64,000 nt of DNA from Nitrospirota bacterium (GTDB lineage: Bacteria > Nitrospirota > UBA9217): contig CAVTRN010000002.1 of NCBI GenBank assembly GCA_963737155.1, positions 640,001-704,000 of the forward strand. The letters run 5' to 3'. Position 1 is the stretch's first letter; each line of letters begins with the position of its first letter. Shown here one piece after another: positions 21,095-31,921 of the stretch. The position numbers and the translations under genes are program-made. Under the pieces are notes generated by a model. The model was given only the letters and a program-made list of their open reading frames with translations. It searched no databases and had not been told where the DNA came from.

Positions 21095-21613
21095 TTAAGG
21101 CCTGACTTGTTCAACAAATCTACCTTGATATTTAGCATGACCGTCGCATTTTTCAAAGATAAATTGACAGATCGTGGTACCGGGATATAAGGCCAATGGT
21201 GCGCGTCCTAAATTTACTATTTCCAAGACTTGATGGTTAGAGATGCCTGGATGCATAAAACCTGCTGTAACATGAACTGCTAGTCCGAAGCGGGCAAATC
21301 TACTTCTCCCTTCAAGTCTACCAGATATGTTATCGGCAAGAGTAATTTTTTCTTTAGTGATTCCCAAAATCATCTCACTTGGCTTTACAACTATATAACC
21401 TCCATCTTTTACATGAACAGCATTGGTTATCTCCTGGAAATAAGAATCATTTTTTACATGATAGATCTTTGATCGTTTTTTAAATATCCTGAAATCATTG
21501 CCTAGAGTAAGATCAACAGAACCAGGTCCAATCTGTGATTTATGAAGGGGTTCGATACTAATCAAATTATTTTTTAAAGCTTTTTGGATTTCCTTTCCGA
21601 TTAGCACGCTCAT
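21095..21613 (-). CDS. dcd: dCTP deaminase
   Basis: QIGPGSVDLTLG, LEGRSRFARFGLAVHVTAG, LEIVN, ICQFIF, YQGRF; likely start MSVLIG. Confidence 0.88.
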   Translation of the reverse strand: MSVLIGKEIQKALKNNLISIEPLHKSQIGPGSVDLTLGNDFRIFKKRSKIYHVKNDSYFQEITNAVHVKDGGYIVVKPSEMILGITKEKITLADNISGRLEGRSRFARFGLAVHVTAGFMHPGISNHQVLEIVNLGRAPLALYPGTTICQFIFEKCDGHAKYQGRFVEQVRP

Positions 21614-22558
21614 ATTACTTAAACCTCTCAATTTATTTATTTTTCAATCAGTATTAGAAATTTGCATCCATCATGGATTCTCAAGATGTCCATCTCGCAG
21701 TTCATCTCCGGCAACATCTTTCGTCTTTGCAGGATTATTTTTTATTATCAAAAGCGAAGCAAAAGACTACGGTCATTAGCACGTGGATGAATGCGTCCCT
21801 CCTGTTTATGATGGAGAGTATTTCTGCAGCATTTATTCCCGCGTCAAAGAATATGCTAATTTCATCGATTTGCAACCTGCACTGCGGGCAGCTCAACCCC
21901 CGTAGCCGCTGTATTCGATCTTTTCTGATTCTGGTGGGTCCATGTCTTTGATGAGTTTCCTTCAAGTCTTTGATTTTAGCCGTTTTGTGAGGGCTTAGGC
22001 GCACAACGTCTTCGTGAACCCTTGGTGATAAAAAAATATTGCATTCTTGTTGTACTGTAGCCAGATTAATGATCAATGTCAATATGATGTTCTATGTGAT
22101 GAGTACAATTCCCGATGAAGGTTGGCCAACGTAGCCATAAATACATCAGCTTGCCCAACAAATAGATTGCTGCAGGTAAGAGGATCAGAAACGGAAGCAC
22201 GTTTCAATTAAATAAATGCATGCCAGAGATGAAGGAAGATTTATTGACTTCAAACTTCAACCGGTTAAGCGATACGTCTAAGGTATTTGTAGCCCCATAA
22301 GCTTCTGCAATCCAGAAGAATATACCATAAAAAAAGAAAATGAATTTATTTTGACCGCATGAGATTACCCAAAAGGCCTGCATCTTTAATATATGTTTGG
22401 ACCGTATATTTCTTCTCTAAAGTTTAGCAACCCGTCCGGCCTGAAAGTCTGCAACGTGACAGGCATTCCTTGGATTTACGGTCTAAAGAATTACTTCGCT
22501 AAACCAATATCACCGTGACTAAAAAAATGATATGCTACAATGGGATAAAGGGCGTTGC

Positions 22559-22861
22559 ATGAAAAGAATATCTATATTTATGGCGGTCAATATACACCTC
22601 CTTGCGTCTTGCCCGGTTATGCATATGGATGTGTGGAAATAGGGATTGGGATAGGATCGGTATGGCTGTGGTGTGGGCCGCCCGTTGTTATCCCGCAATA
22701 GGCCCCGCGTATACAAACAACAGGCGCCTCAGGCGGATGAACAACAGTATTACTGGTATTACTGTCAGGATACCAGGGCCTATTACCCGTACGTAAAACA
22801 ATGTCCCAGTGGGTGGCTTAGGGTTGTTCCAAACTCGAGTGCGCCAAAGGGAAAGGAGTGA
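22559..22861 (+). pseudogene. Degenerate small Pro/Tyr-rich exported protein gene
   Basis: Three consecutive frames give MKRISIF…, GYAYGCVEIGIGIGSVW…PPVVIPQ*, and VYKQQAPQADEQQYYWYYCQDTRAYYPYVKQCPSGWLRVVP (conserved YWYYC-x-YYPYV-x-CP-GW motif). Confidence 0.6.
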
Positions 22862-22867
22862 CGGCAT

Positions 22868-23260
22868 ATGGTGAAATTCAAGCAAATCATCGTGATATTT
22901 ATTCTTTTTCTGGTCGTGGGTGGATGCGCCACTTTCCCAACAGGGCCGTATTTTAATGAAGCGCCGCAGTTTGTCTATTCGCCTGAACTCGGTTTGTATG
23001 TTGCAGTCGGAGTTCCCGATGACCTGGTCTATACGGGGAATGATTACTTCTACTCTTACGGTGGACGTTGGTATCGCGGGCCATATTACAATGGCCCGTG
23101 GGTGCCTGCTGCCAGGACGGGTTTCCCGCTGGCTTTGCTCAGGTACCGGATTGACCAAATCCGACATTACCGAGACGCAGAGTTCGGACGATATAATCAG
23201 GATAGAGTGCACTATCGCGGACGATTCTACCGTCCCGAATTTCGCGGTGAAAGACGGTAA
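22868..23260 (+). CDS. Tyr/Arg-rich hypothetical lipoprotein
   Basis: Signal peptide with lipobox VVGG-C; YVAVGVP…YFYSYGGRWYRGPYYNGPW pattern. Confidence 0.75.
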   Translation: MVKFKQIIVIFILFLVVGGCATFPTGPYFNEAPQFVYSPELGLYVAVGVPDDLVYTGNDYFYSYGGRWYRGPYYNGPWVPAARTGFPLALLRYRIDQIRHYRDAEFGRYNQDRVHYRGRFYRPEFRGERR

Positions 23261-23262
23261 AT

Positions 23263-24897
23263 CCTAAAAAGAGCAGTTACCCTCAATCAGAGCCACTTAT
23301 CCACACCATAACGGCAGAAGTTCAGGCGCCTGCAACGGTTTTCCACCCAGCAGTTTGAAAAATGCACGGCTCAAGATACGTCGCCACCGTTCACCTGGAG
23401 TCAACTGCTCCGCAGTTGTTTTCAGGATGGCTAGAAAGCGGGATATCTCATCGAGAATGCGTTGAACTTTTCCAGAGCTTGCGTGCGCACTCGTGATGGT
23501 CATCATGGTCTGCCCTTGATGGCGTGTTTGTTTGCCAACCGCATGCAGAAGAAGTGGACGACTCGTAATTGCCTCCAAGTGTTTGTCCGGATGAGCAAGC
23601 CTCACGAAGAGCGACCACCAGTTGTAAACTAATGCTACGGTCCGCGCCATGAAGCCGCAGCGCTTAAGGTCCCGGGTCGTATATCCGCCCCACCCCCACT
23701 GATTCTTCAACTCGTCAAAAATATTCTCTGCATCCGCACGATCACGGTAGTGTTGGGCGATTGTGAGAATCTCGTCTTTGAGGGTGGTGGCTAGTACTGC
23801 ATACTCATATCGCTTGGCAACTCCGGGCGCTTCCACAAACCCAAGTTCCATCTGATCCTTCTGCTGCAGGCTTATTGCTACGTCTCCCGTGAGCACTCGT
23901 CGAAGGATAATAACGCGACGAGATTTCTGCCATCCCATGAGTTGAAGGGATTCTTCCACACCCTCCCAGCCCTGTCCGGCATCTACCCAATCGTTACTAT
24001 AGAATGCCTTCTCAATAAGCCTCCGCACGTTCTTCGTGAGGCGTAGCTTCACGAGATAGGGCAATTCTTTTTCTTCTGCCTGACTCATGAAGCCGTCCGT
24101 GCCCCAGCCTGAATCCCCCCGGAAAAAGGCAGGCCAAAAGCGACGCGGGAGTCGTTCCAGAAGCTGCCATAACCCCGGGGTGCTGTAACACGTTGCTGTT
24201 TTGTTTCCGGCCTGCACCTCAACATCCAAAACAAGCCGGGTATTGGCCATCAGGTAACTGTGATAGGTGTGAGACGGCCTGCCGGGCTTATGCGGGTTGT
24301 AACCAATGACCGCGCCCTCTTGTTTTCCGTACAACGGTTTGACTGTCGTATCTCCGTCCATAATCCATGGCATGCACAGGAGGGATTCATAACATCGCCT
24401 CATGTGCTCAGTAAGCCATGAGATGCCGGCATGCTCATCCATCTGCTTAAATCCCCGCCGTACGGTGTCTTCGCTCACGACCTTCGTCATGCCGAGTAGT
24501 GCCGGGTTGACATTATCGCTTCGAACGCTCGTCATGTGGGAATAACGATGGTGACCGGCTAGAACGGACAACAGGACTGTACCGAGAAGATCGCGCTTCT
24601 CGGGTGCGTTAGGACTCGTGTAGTGCAGTGGACAGTCTGCTACCCATGGTTCGTAGATTCCACCCGTCTTCAAAAAATCGATGAAGAACGCCAGCTGGCC
24701 CATTGGCGTAACGGCTGCTGTTGAATCCCATTCAACATGCACTTTTCCTGCAAAGGTATCGACTGCAATTCTATCTGTTTTATCTGTAGGTGGAGATGAA
24801 ATCGAGTCACCCATTGGGTGAGACCTCCTTGTTGAAAGAAGTATCATAGTATCCAATAGTTAACTCAGATTTGCAAGGCCCAACTGCCGTTTATAGG
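23263..24897 (-). mobile_element. IS1380-family insertion sequence, apparently intact
   Basis: Terminal IRs CCTAAAAAGAGCAGTT / CCTATAAACGGCAGTT (13 of 16 match); direct repeat TAAAT at 23258-23262 and 24898-24902. Confidence 0.88.
23297..24814 (-). CDS. IS1380-like DDE transposase
   Basis: MDGDTT, FRGDSGW, YRDRADAENIFDELK; AAGGAGG RBS before the ATG at 24814; uninterrupted ORF. Confidence 0.88.
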   Translation of the reverse strand: MGDSISSPPTDKTDRIAVDTFAGKVHVEWDSTAAVTPMGQLAFFIDFLKTGGIYEPWVADCPLHYTSPNAPEKRDLLGTVLLSVLAGHHRYSHMTSVRSDNVNPALLGMTKVVSEDTVRRGFKQMDEHAGISWLTEHMRRCYESLLCMPWIMDGDTTVKPLYGKQEGAVIGYNPHKPGRPSHTYHSYLMANTRLVLDVEVQAGNKTATCYSTPGLWQLLERLPRRFWPAFFRGDSGWGTDGFMSQAEEKELPYLVKLRLTKNVRRLIEKAFYSNDWVDAGQGWEGVEESLQLMGWQKSRRVIILRRVLTGDVAISLQQKDQMELGFVEAPGVAKRYEYAVLATTLKDEILTIAQHYRDRADAENIFDELKNQWGWGGYTTRDLKRCGFMARTVALVYNWWSLFVRLAHPDKHLEAITSRPLLLHAVGKQTRHQGQTMMTITSAHASSGKVQRILDEISRFLAILKTTAEQLTPGERWRRILSRAFFKLLGGKPLQAPELLPLWCG

Positions 24898-24940
24898 TAA
24901 ATAGATCTCAGGGAAGAACAGAAGCGAGGCAGTCGGTGTG

Positions 24941-24990
24941 AAAACAACCAAACGCGGAAACAGGTCATCCTGTCCGCGTTTGGTTGTTTT
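24941..24990. terminator. Bidirectional intrinsic terminator
   Basis: AAAACAACCAAACGCGGA…TCCGCGTTTGGTTGTTTT 18-bp stem with A/T tails, between convergent transcription units. Confidence 0.75.
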
Positions 24991-25147
24991 ATGCAATTTA
25001 ACATCTTTTGACTGTTTTCCGCCAGAAACCCAAAAAAATTTCTCTTGTGAATTCTGCCCTCGAAAAATTTTATTACAATTCTACGATCTAATTTGCACCT
25101 CCGGCTGGACTCGGTTTTTTCGCCTGCGGTTTATGTACAAGAATATC

Positions 25148-28100
25148 TTACTTCGGTATGACCTTTTTGAATAAGTCTGCCCTGACGTCGAAATAGGCGA
25201 GGATCGATTTGGCGAGGAGACTCTCCGTGTAAACACGATGGGCCTCGATCAGGGATTTCAGGCGTTCCTTGTCATTGTCGTCACAGTCTAAAGCCGTAAC
25301 GTATTGCGTATTCAACCGGCTGACCAGCACGTTGTCCTCATCGAGGACATACAGGGTTCCGCCGGTCATGCCCGCCCCGACATTAAACCCGGTCGGGCCG
25401 AGTACAACCACCTCGCCCATGGTCATGTATTCGCACAGATGCTGTCCCGCGCCTTCGATCACCGCCGTTGCACCGCTGTTTCGGACACAAAAACGTTCGC
25501 CCGCCTGACCTGCGGCAAAGAATTCACCGCCCGTTGCCCCATACAGAACCGTGTTTCCCATGATTACCTGTTTATGGGGTTCTCTGACGCAATCCGGTCT
25601 TATCACTATTTTCCCCCCGTGCATTCCTTTCCCGACATAGTCATTCGCCTCGCCGATTAAAATGAGTGTAAGGCCTTTGTGATTAAATGCTCCGAAGCTT
25701 TGGCCGGCGGAGCCTTGAAAGATGAGTGTAAGAGTGTCAGGAGGAAGCCCGTTTTCGCCGTACTTCCGCGCGATGTGATAATTGAGTCGTACCGGAATGC
25801 TCCTGTCAATATTCCGGATGGAGTACTCTTTTTTTACCGGAGTTGCTGTTTCGATAAAGGGCAGAACATCGGACAGGATCTCATCGTTCATCGTGGGGGA
25901 GGGATTATCATTACGGAATTGGGCGCTCCGAAGGGGCTTGCCTCGTCTGAAAAAATCAAGGAAGGGATCAAGCTTGATCCGCTTTGAAGCCGGGAAGTCC
26001 TTGTGATCGATAATCGTGAGAAGATCGGTCCGGCCGATGATCATATCCAGTCTACCGTATCCCATTAGTGCAAGGATCTCGCGAACTTCACCCGCGATGG
26101 AGTTAAAAAGAGACATCACTCCTTCACTCGTTCCCCTGAACCGGGACCTAAGCTTAGGGTCTTGGGTAGCGACACCGGTTGGGCAGGTATTGAGATGGCA
26201 CTGCCGGGCCATGACGCAGCCCGTAGCGATCATAGTCTCGGTGCCGAATCCGAACTCCTCTGCCCCCAGGAGTGCGGCGATGATGATGTCCTTGCCTGTT
26301 TTGATACCGCCGTCAACCCTGACCCTGATCCGCTCCCTGAGGCCGTTGTCGATCAGAATATGCTGCGTCTCCAAGAGTCCCAGTTCCCAGTAACTGCCTA
26401 CATTCTTGATTGAGGTCAATGGCGCGGCGCCGGTGCCGCCTTCATTTCCGCTGATCTGTACGATGTCAGCATACGCTTTTGCAACGCCTGCAGCAACGGT
26501 GCCCACCCCGATTTCCGATACGAGCTTGACTGCCACCTGTGCTTCGGGATTCGCCTGTTTAAGATCATGAATAAGCTGGTTCAGGTCTTCGATAGAATAG
26601 ATGTCATGGTGCGGGGGCGGTGAAATGAGGAGTGTGCCGGGTTTGCAATATCTGAGGCCAGCGATGTATTCATCCACTTTAAGCGCCGGGAGGTGGCCGC
26701 CTTCTCCGGGCTTTGCACCCTGCGCCATCTTGATCTCGATCTCGCGAGCCGAGGCAAGATAGTACGGTGTTACGCCGAAACGGCCTGAAGCTACCTGCTT
26801 GATGGCGCTGTTTTTTACGGTCTGGAATCTCTTTGAATCTTCACCGCCTTCTCCGCTGTTACTGCGCATGCCGAGACAATTGCAAGCTTCCGCGATGGTC
26901 TCATGGGCTTCCGGGGAAAGTGCGCCTACGGACATAGCGCCAGAGGTAAATCGTTTGAGGATTGATTTACCGGACTCGACCTTATCGAGAGAAAGGGGTT
27001 TGCCAGTCCTGTAACCCAAAAGATGTCTTAAGCTCGCGGGTCGTGCGTTTACCAAAGTAGTAAAGTTTTTGAAATCAGCGGGGGCACCGCTCTTGACGAA
27101 TTTAATCAAAGCCTGGACAGCGGGAGCCCCCCAGGCATGCCATTCCCCGTCTCGCTTATAGCGCAAGAATCCGCCCGGATCCATAACAGGGCCAGGGGTC
27201 TCAAAACCTGAAGAGTGCCGTTTGAGGAGAGAATCCTCGATCGCCTGAATGCCGTCCGATTCGATTCCAACCGGGATTTTTCCGAAGTAATCATGGACAA
27301 AATCCTGATTAAGACAAATTGGGTCAAAGAGTTGCGCGCCGTGATAGGAATTGACGGTCGATATCCCGTGTCGCGAAATCACTTTGAGGAATCCGTCCTC
27401 AAGTGATTTTTTGAAGTTGCGGGCCGCATCGGCAAAGGTAATATTGATCTCGCCTCGCGCGACAAGGTCTTTAATCGTCTGGAAAACGAGATAAGGACAG
27501 ATGGCTGACGCACCGAAACCTATGAGGCACGCGATATGGTGCACGTCTCTCGCTTCCCCTGTTTCAATAATGAGGCTCGCCGCATGGGCAAGATCCTTTC
27601 GAAACAGTCCCTGGAATGATGCCGCCACGGCGAGAAGAGACGGGATCGCAACCCTTTCTTTTGAAATGCCCCGGTCAGACAGTATGATGATCTCTGCGCC
27701 GGAAGCAACCGCATTCGTAACGTCATTCATAAGCGTTGCAACACCGGCTGAAAGATCAGTCGCGCCCTTCGCATAGGTGATCGGAACCTTCCTTATCTTG
27801 AACATCCCGCTTTGTTCGATCTCGGCGAGATGGTCGGCGCACAAGACGGGCGACTCTATCTGGAACCGTCTGGCTTGCTCCGGTGTCTCCATGAGGAAAC
27901 TTTTACGACCACCGAGGTTCATGAAGAGCGACATGACCATTCTTTCCCTTATGGGATCAATCGCGGGATTGGTGACTTGGGAAAAGCGCTGCTTAAAATA
28001 TTTGAAGAGAAGCTGCGGCTTTTCAGATAATGGCGGGATCGGAGTATCGTCACCCATCGAGAAGGTCAGTTCCGTTCCGGTCTCGGCCATGGTCTTTATA

Positions 28101-29464
28101 AGCATCTGCAACTCTTCAGCGGTATATCCAAAAGCAATCTGTTTTCGCACAAGGTCTGGATCCGGTTCCGGTGTGCCCGTACTTTCGAACAAACGGCCTA
28201 TGCGGTGGTTTTTAATCCAAGCGCGGTAGGGTTTTCTGCGTGCGAGTTCTTGCAGTATCTCTTTTGTCTTTTTGACCTTTCTCTTTGTGAAATCAACCGA
28301 GATGGTATCTCCCGGGCCAAGCCTCCCTTTTTCAAGGAACTTCCTTCCATGGAGGTCGATCATGCCTGCTTCTGATCCGCAGACCAGGACATTGTCTTCA
28401 GTCAGCGAATATCTGAGCGGCCTGAGGCCGTTCCGGTCCAGGTGTGCGCCCACCGTATCTCCATCTGTGAACACGATTGCGGCAGGACCGTCCCAAGGGG
28501 ACATCAAGAGGGACGAAAATTCGAAAAAGGCTCGCACTTCCGGGTTAAGATCCATGTGCTCCCAGGCAGGAGGAATGCAGAGGTTTACGGCGTGCTCCGG
28601 AGAAAAGCCTGAGCGTATCAGGAGTTCGATGATTTTGTCAAGAGAGGCGGAATCGCTTTCGTCATAAAGGACGAAGGGTGCGAGAACTTCCCTATTGTTT
28701 TCAAATCCGCTGAGAATTTCTTTTTCCAAGGCCTTTATCCAATTTCTGTTTCCCTGAAGGGTGTTGATTTCTCCATTGTGGCCAAGCACGCGAAAGGGCT
28801 GGGCTAGACACCACTCAGGCAGGGTATTTGTGGAGAAACGCTGATGAAATATGCAGAAAGTTGATTCGAAAGCCTCGTTCTTCAGGTCGGGATAGAACCG
28901 GTCTAGCTGGGGTGCGACGAGAAGGCCCTTATATAGTATTGTTTTTGAAGAGATACTCGGAATGCATATGTCCTTGCCTAGTTTATTTTCGATTGCCTTC
29001 CTTGCAAAAAAGAGCTTACGTTCCCGATCCTGACAGAATACGCCCTCTGTATCGATCAAAAGCTGCCTGATTCTCGGTTTTGTTCCAAGAGCCGCTTGAC
29101 CGAGCGCATCGTCATTGGTGGGCACATCGCGCCATCCCATAGGCCTGAAGCCGCATGTCGTGAGAGCTTCATCAATCTCGTGCTCCACAACGCCATAGAG
29201 GAAAAAAGTGCCCACGGCTAGGTTCCTGATATCGGAGATGGAAAAGCCGAGTTCCCTGATTATCGTATCAAAAAATTTCCGCGGGATTTCGGTGATGATT
29301 CCGGCGCCGTCACCGGTTTTGCCGTCGGCGCCAACCGCCCCGCGGTGCGTGAGGTTCTTAACCGCCTCGATGCCCCAAGCGACAATTTGCCTGTTGCTTT
29401 GGCCGGAGACGCTGCAAATAAAACCGACACCGCAGCTTGAATAAGGATTATTTCCCATGAACAC
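25148..29464 (-). CDS. gltB: Glutamate synthase large subunit (GltB/GlsF type)
   Basis: N-terminal CGVGF (Cys1 amidotransferase), HQRFSTNT, HNGEINT, QGAKPGEGG, 3Fe-4S GCVMARQCHLNTC, C-terminal GXGXG domain. Confidence 0.96.
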   Translation of the reverse strand: MFMGNNPYSSCGVGFICSVSGQSNRQIVAWGIEAVKNLTHRGAVGADGKTGDGAGIITEIPRKFFDTIIRELGFSISDIRNLAVGTFFLYGVVEHEIDEALTTCGFRPMGWRDVPTNDDALGQAALGTKPRIRQLLIDTEGVFCQDRERKLFFARKAIENKLGKDICIPSISSKTILYKGLLVAPQLDRFYPDLKNEAFESTFCIFHQRFSTNTLPEWCLAQPFRVLGHNGEINTLQGNRNWIKALEKEILSGFENNREVLAPFVLYDESDSASLDKIIELLIRSGFSPEHAVNLCIPPAWEHMDLNPEVRAFFEFSSLLMSPWDGPAAIVFTDGDTVGAHLDRNGLRPLRYSLTEDNVLVCGSEAGMIDLHGRKFLEKGRLGPGDTISVDFTKRKVKKTKEILQELARRKPYRAWIKNHRIGRLFESTGTPEPDPDLVRKQIAFGYTAEELQMLIKTMAETGTELTFSMGDDTPIPPLSEKPQLLFKYFKQRFSQVTNPAIDPIRERMVMSLFMNLGGRKSFLMETPEQARRFQIESPVLCADHLAEIEQSGMFKIRKVPITYAKGATDLSAGVATLMNDVTNAVASGAEIIILSDRGISKERVAIPSLLAVAASFQGLFRKDLAHAASLIIETGEARDVHHIACLIGFGASAICPYLVFQTIKDLVARGEINITFADAARNFKKSLEDGFLKVISRHGISTVNSYHGAQLFDPICLNQDFVHDYFGKIPVGIESDGIQAIEDSLLKRHSSGFETPGPVMDPGGFLRYKRDGEWHAWGAPAVQALIKFVKSGAPADFKNFTTLVNARPASLRHLLGYRTGKPLSLDKVESGKSILKRFTSGAMSVGALSPEAHETIAEACNCLGMRSNSGEGGEDSKRFQTVKNSAIKQVASGRFGVTPYYLASAREIEIKMAQGAKPGEGGHLPALKVDEYIAGLRYCKPGTLLISPPPHHDIYSIEDLNQLIHDLKQANPEAQVAVKLVSEIGVGTVAAGVAKAYADIVQISGNEGGTGAAPLTSIKNVGSYWELGLLETQHILIDNGLRERIRVRVDGGIKTGKDIIIAALLGAEEFGFGTETMIATGCVMARQCHLNTCPTGVATQDPKLRSRFRGTSEGVMSLFNSIAGEVREILALMGYGRLDMIIGRTDLLTIIDHKDFPASKRIKLDPFLDFFRRGKPLRSAQFRNDNPSPTMNDEILSDVLPFIETATPVKKEYSIRNIDRSIPVRLNYHIARKYGENGLPPDTLTLIFQGSAGQSFGAFNHKGLTLILIGEANDYVGKGMHGGKIVIRPDCVREPHKQVIMGNTVLYGATGGEFFAAGQAGERFCVRNSGATAVIEGAGQHLCEYMTMGEVVVLGPTGFNVGAGMTGGTLYVLDEDNVLVSRLNTQYVTALDCDDNDKERLKSLIEAHRVYTESLLAKSILAYFDVRADLFKKVIPK

Positions 29465-29741
29465 GCCTTTTTATGTATCACTGCTCATTTTCTTCAATTG
29501 TAGCAGGTGTTATAAGAGGTTGCCGGGACTCACTCGAATACGATATGAATAGAAGGGATCTGACGTTCCCATAGCTTTCAGCTATTATTGATTGTGGCCT
29601 GAAATATTTATCACTTATCATCCGCCCAGAGTCGGGCTGAAAGCACGTAAATTTGCAATATAATGGAAAAAAATACTGTGAATGTCGCGCGATGGCTAAA
29701 TGTTACGAATTGGGAAATATCGGCAAAAAGGGAGAACAACA

Positions 29742-30040
29742 ATGACTTACGTCCTTGTTAAAGAGAGAGCCAAAGATTTTTCGAAGTGAATAGAAATTTA
29801 GAACGCTCGCCAGAAGATTCGCATTGAGGCGGGATCGAAGACAAATATGTTTTACGAAGCGCTAGTGATTGCAATGAAGTCATACTTCTGTGGGAGGTCA
29901 AGGACATGGCCAGAGCAAAGGCTTTCATTGACGCACCACAATTGCGGGATGTCATGGAAAAGACAGGTGTCATCGGAAAATCTGATATTTACTACCTGAA
30001 TGATGACTATGGAGATTTAGCAAAAGCTTCCGGTTTTTGA
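29742..30040 (+). pseudogene. Small ferredoxin-fold 'cyclase'/ABM-like protein pseudogene
   Basis: GGGAG RBS; MTYVLVKERAKDFSK*IEI*NARQKIRIEAG, frameshift, EDKYVLRSASDCNEVILLWEVKDMARAKAFIDAPQLRDVMEKTGVIGKSDIYYL. Confidence 0.55.
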
Positions 30041-30347
30041 TGTCATTAATGCGAGCCGAGGTTTTTTTGTAATTTCGGACAGACATGTTGTAGGGCACTT
30101 CAAACTTATTTTTCTTGGTGCTACGCGACCACATCCTAAGCACGAAGAGATGTGACATGCGGATCAAGGGGGAGGATGCGCAGAGATTTTAAGGGGAGAA
30201 AAATTGCTGTCTCTCACAAGTCGATTGAGTTGTAAACTAGGTGAGAGTAATAGCAGCGATTGCGGGTCGCGGGAGCGTAGATGCCGATGTGAAGTATGGG
30301 TGAGGATGCAGTCTGCCTTATACGCCAAGCTAAAAATAATGGAATTT

Positions 30348-30385
30348 AATAAGGCCCGTCAGTCAATTGACTGACGGGCCTTATT
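30348..30385. terminator. Perfect 38-bp palindrome, probable bidirectional terminator
   Basis: AATAAGGCCCGTCAGTCAATTGACTGACGGGCCTTATT is its own reverse complement; lies downstream of the cytochrome c gene. Confidence 0.7.
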
Positions 30386-30570
30386 GTGTATCGACGATGT
30401 TCCTATGCAAATCACTATTTTGACCCGCTCGAGTCTGTGAGATTAGTTGTACGCAACGCATAACATGCCGAATCGCCATACACGGACCTTAACGCACGGT
30501 TGGTGTGACAGGAAAATTCTGTGAGGGACCAACCGACGTCAACGTTTTTATCAGGACGGCTTACTTCTTA

Positions 30571-31158
30571 TCACTGTTGAGGAGGTAGGGCCATAACGGG
30601 AGCGGGAACCTTATTCGTGATCGGCTTAAGGCTTTTGAGATAAGCAAAAATCGCTTTGAGATCCGCGTCCGTAAGTTTGGCATATTCGTTCCAAGGCATG
30701 GGAGGCAAAATGTCTCGCCCCGATCCCATGAACTTGCCGGTGCGTATAATTTTAATGAATAGTCCAACGTCCCAAGTTCCTGTTCCGGTTTCCGGATCAG
30801 GTGAAAGATTGGAAGTATAGCTTGTACCCCAAGGGCCGACCCACGCTGTTAAACCGTTGTTTGTGATGGCCCCCCATTTATTCGGGCCGAACATATCAGG
30901 TGGAATTGCGGGCAGGTTTTCATCGGATGGATGACCCGAAAGTAGCCGTGTCTCATCCAGGACCGGACCGGCGGGAGTCATTTTCTTCGGGGTATGACAG
31001 TCGTTGCATCCACCCAAAGTCACAAGGTATAGGCCTCTTTTGATGAGCGTTTTATTACCTTGTGCCGCCTTTTGTTCTGCTGTAAACGAGATCTTTGGTG
31101 CGAGGAACAAGCTGAGTAACCCTATCATTAGACATACTGCAAAAATTATCTTTTTCAT
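30571..31158 (-). CDS. Periplasmic monoheme c-type cytochrome
   Basis: Signal peptide; RGLYLV…GCNDCHTP heme motif; NLSPDPETG; PPMPW axial Met; DLKAIFAYLKSL. Confidence 0.88.
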   Translation of the reverse strand: MKKIIFAVCLMIGLLSLFLAPKISFTAEQKAAQGNKTLIKRGLYLVTLGGCNDCHTPKKMTPAGPVLDETRLLSGHPSDENLPAIPPDMFGPNKWGAITNNGLTAWVGPWGTSYTSNLSPDPETGTGTWDVGLFIKIIRTGKFMGSGRDILPPMPWNEYAKLTDADLKAIFAYLKSLKPITNKVPAPVMALPPQQ

Positions 31159-31921
31159 CCCATGATCTCCTTTCGTAAGGTATTTGGCTCTTGGTACGGA
31201 AATATGAGTTGATACATTTTAATATTTCTTAGTACGATCATTGCGGACGAATTGAAGTAAGGCAGATGGTTGTAACAATTGCAAGATTGAGGCTGCTGTG
31301 TGCTTCGTTCCGGGCAAAGGTAGCTCGTAAAAAAATCAATCCTCGACCCAATACTATCGGCTTAAGCTAATTACTGTAATGATAGCAGATACTCTTTAAC
31401 GTTTCAAGGAGGTCTGGATATGCATTCTAGGAATATTGGAATTATGGCTTAGACTACTGTTGGAAATTTCATTGAGTTAAATAAATGTGGGCCAGATTAT
31501 AATGGAATTAGACTCGCAGGGACGATTCTTGACAGTTTCTTTAGCACAGTACACGCTTTTTCGCGCACTCCAAACTAATAAAAAGGGGTGGGTTTGAGTC
31601 GTAGTCCTGCTGTTTTTTACCCTTGAAACCGCCGCGTGAAGCAGTTATACTCTCCCCGATATTTTTACATAAAATGCCATGGGGGAAGCGGACGAGAAAC
31701 GCCTGCCGAGATCCCCGGACGGCTGATCAGAAACCGATTCTGTAATGAATCCCTGGCGACAGGTAATCGAATATCATATAATCAACTCAAAGCTGGCCTC
31801 CTGGTTTCCGATGGCGAGCGAAAGGCCTTGGCCGAAATCAATATTGGGAAAATTCTGAAAGGTATTTGGCAGGAAGAAATAGAAAATTAGATTTAGAAAG
31901 GGGAATTCGCGGTTATTACTT

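Noticed and set aside
21735-22082. 115-aa ORF with a CPQC motif, and other short intergenic ORFs (4088-4297, 31636-31890, 41785-42099)
   Set aside because: No clear RBS or family motifs; probably spurious or unrecognisable relics.
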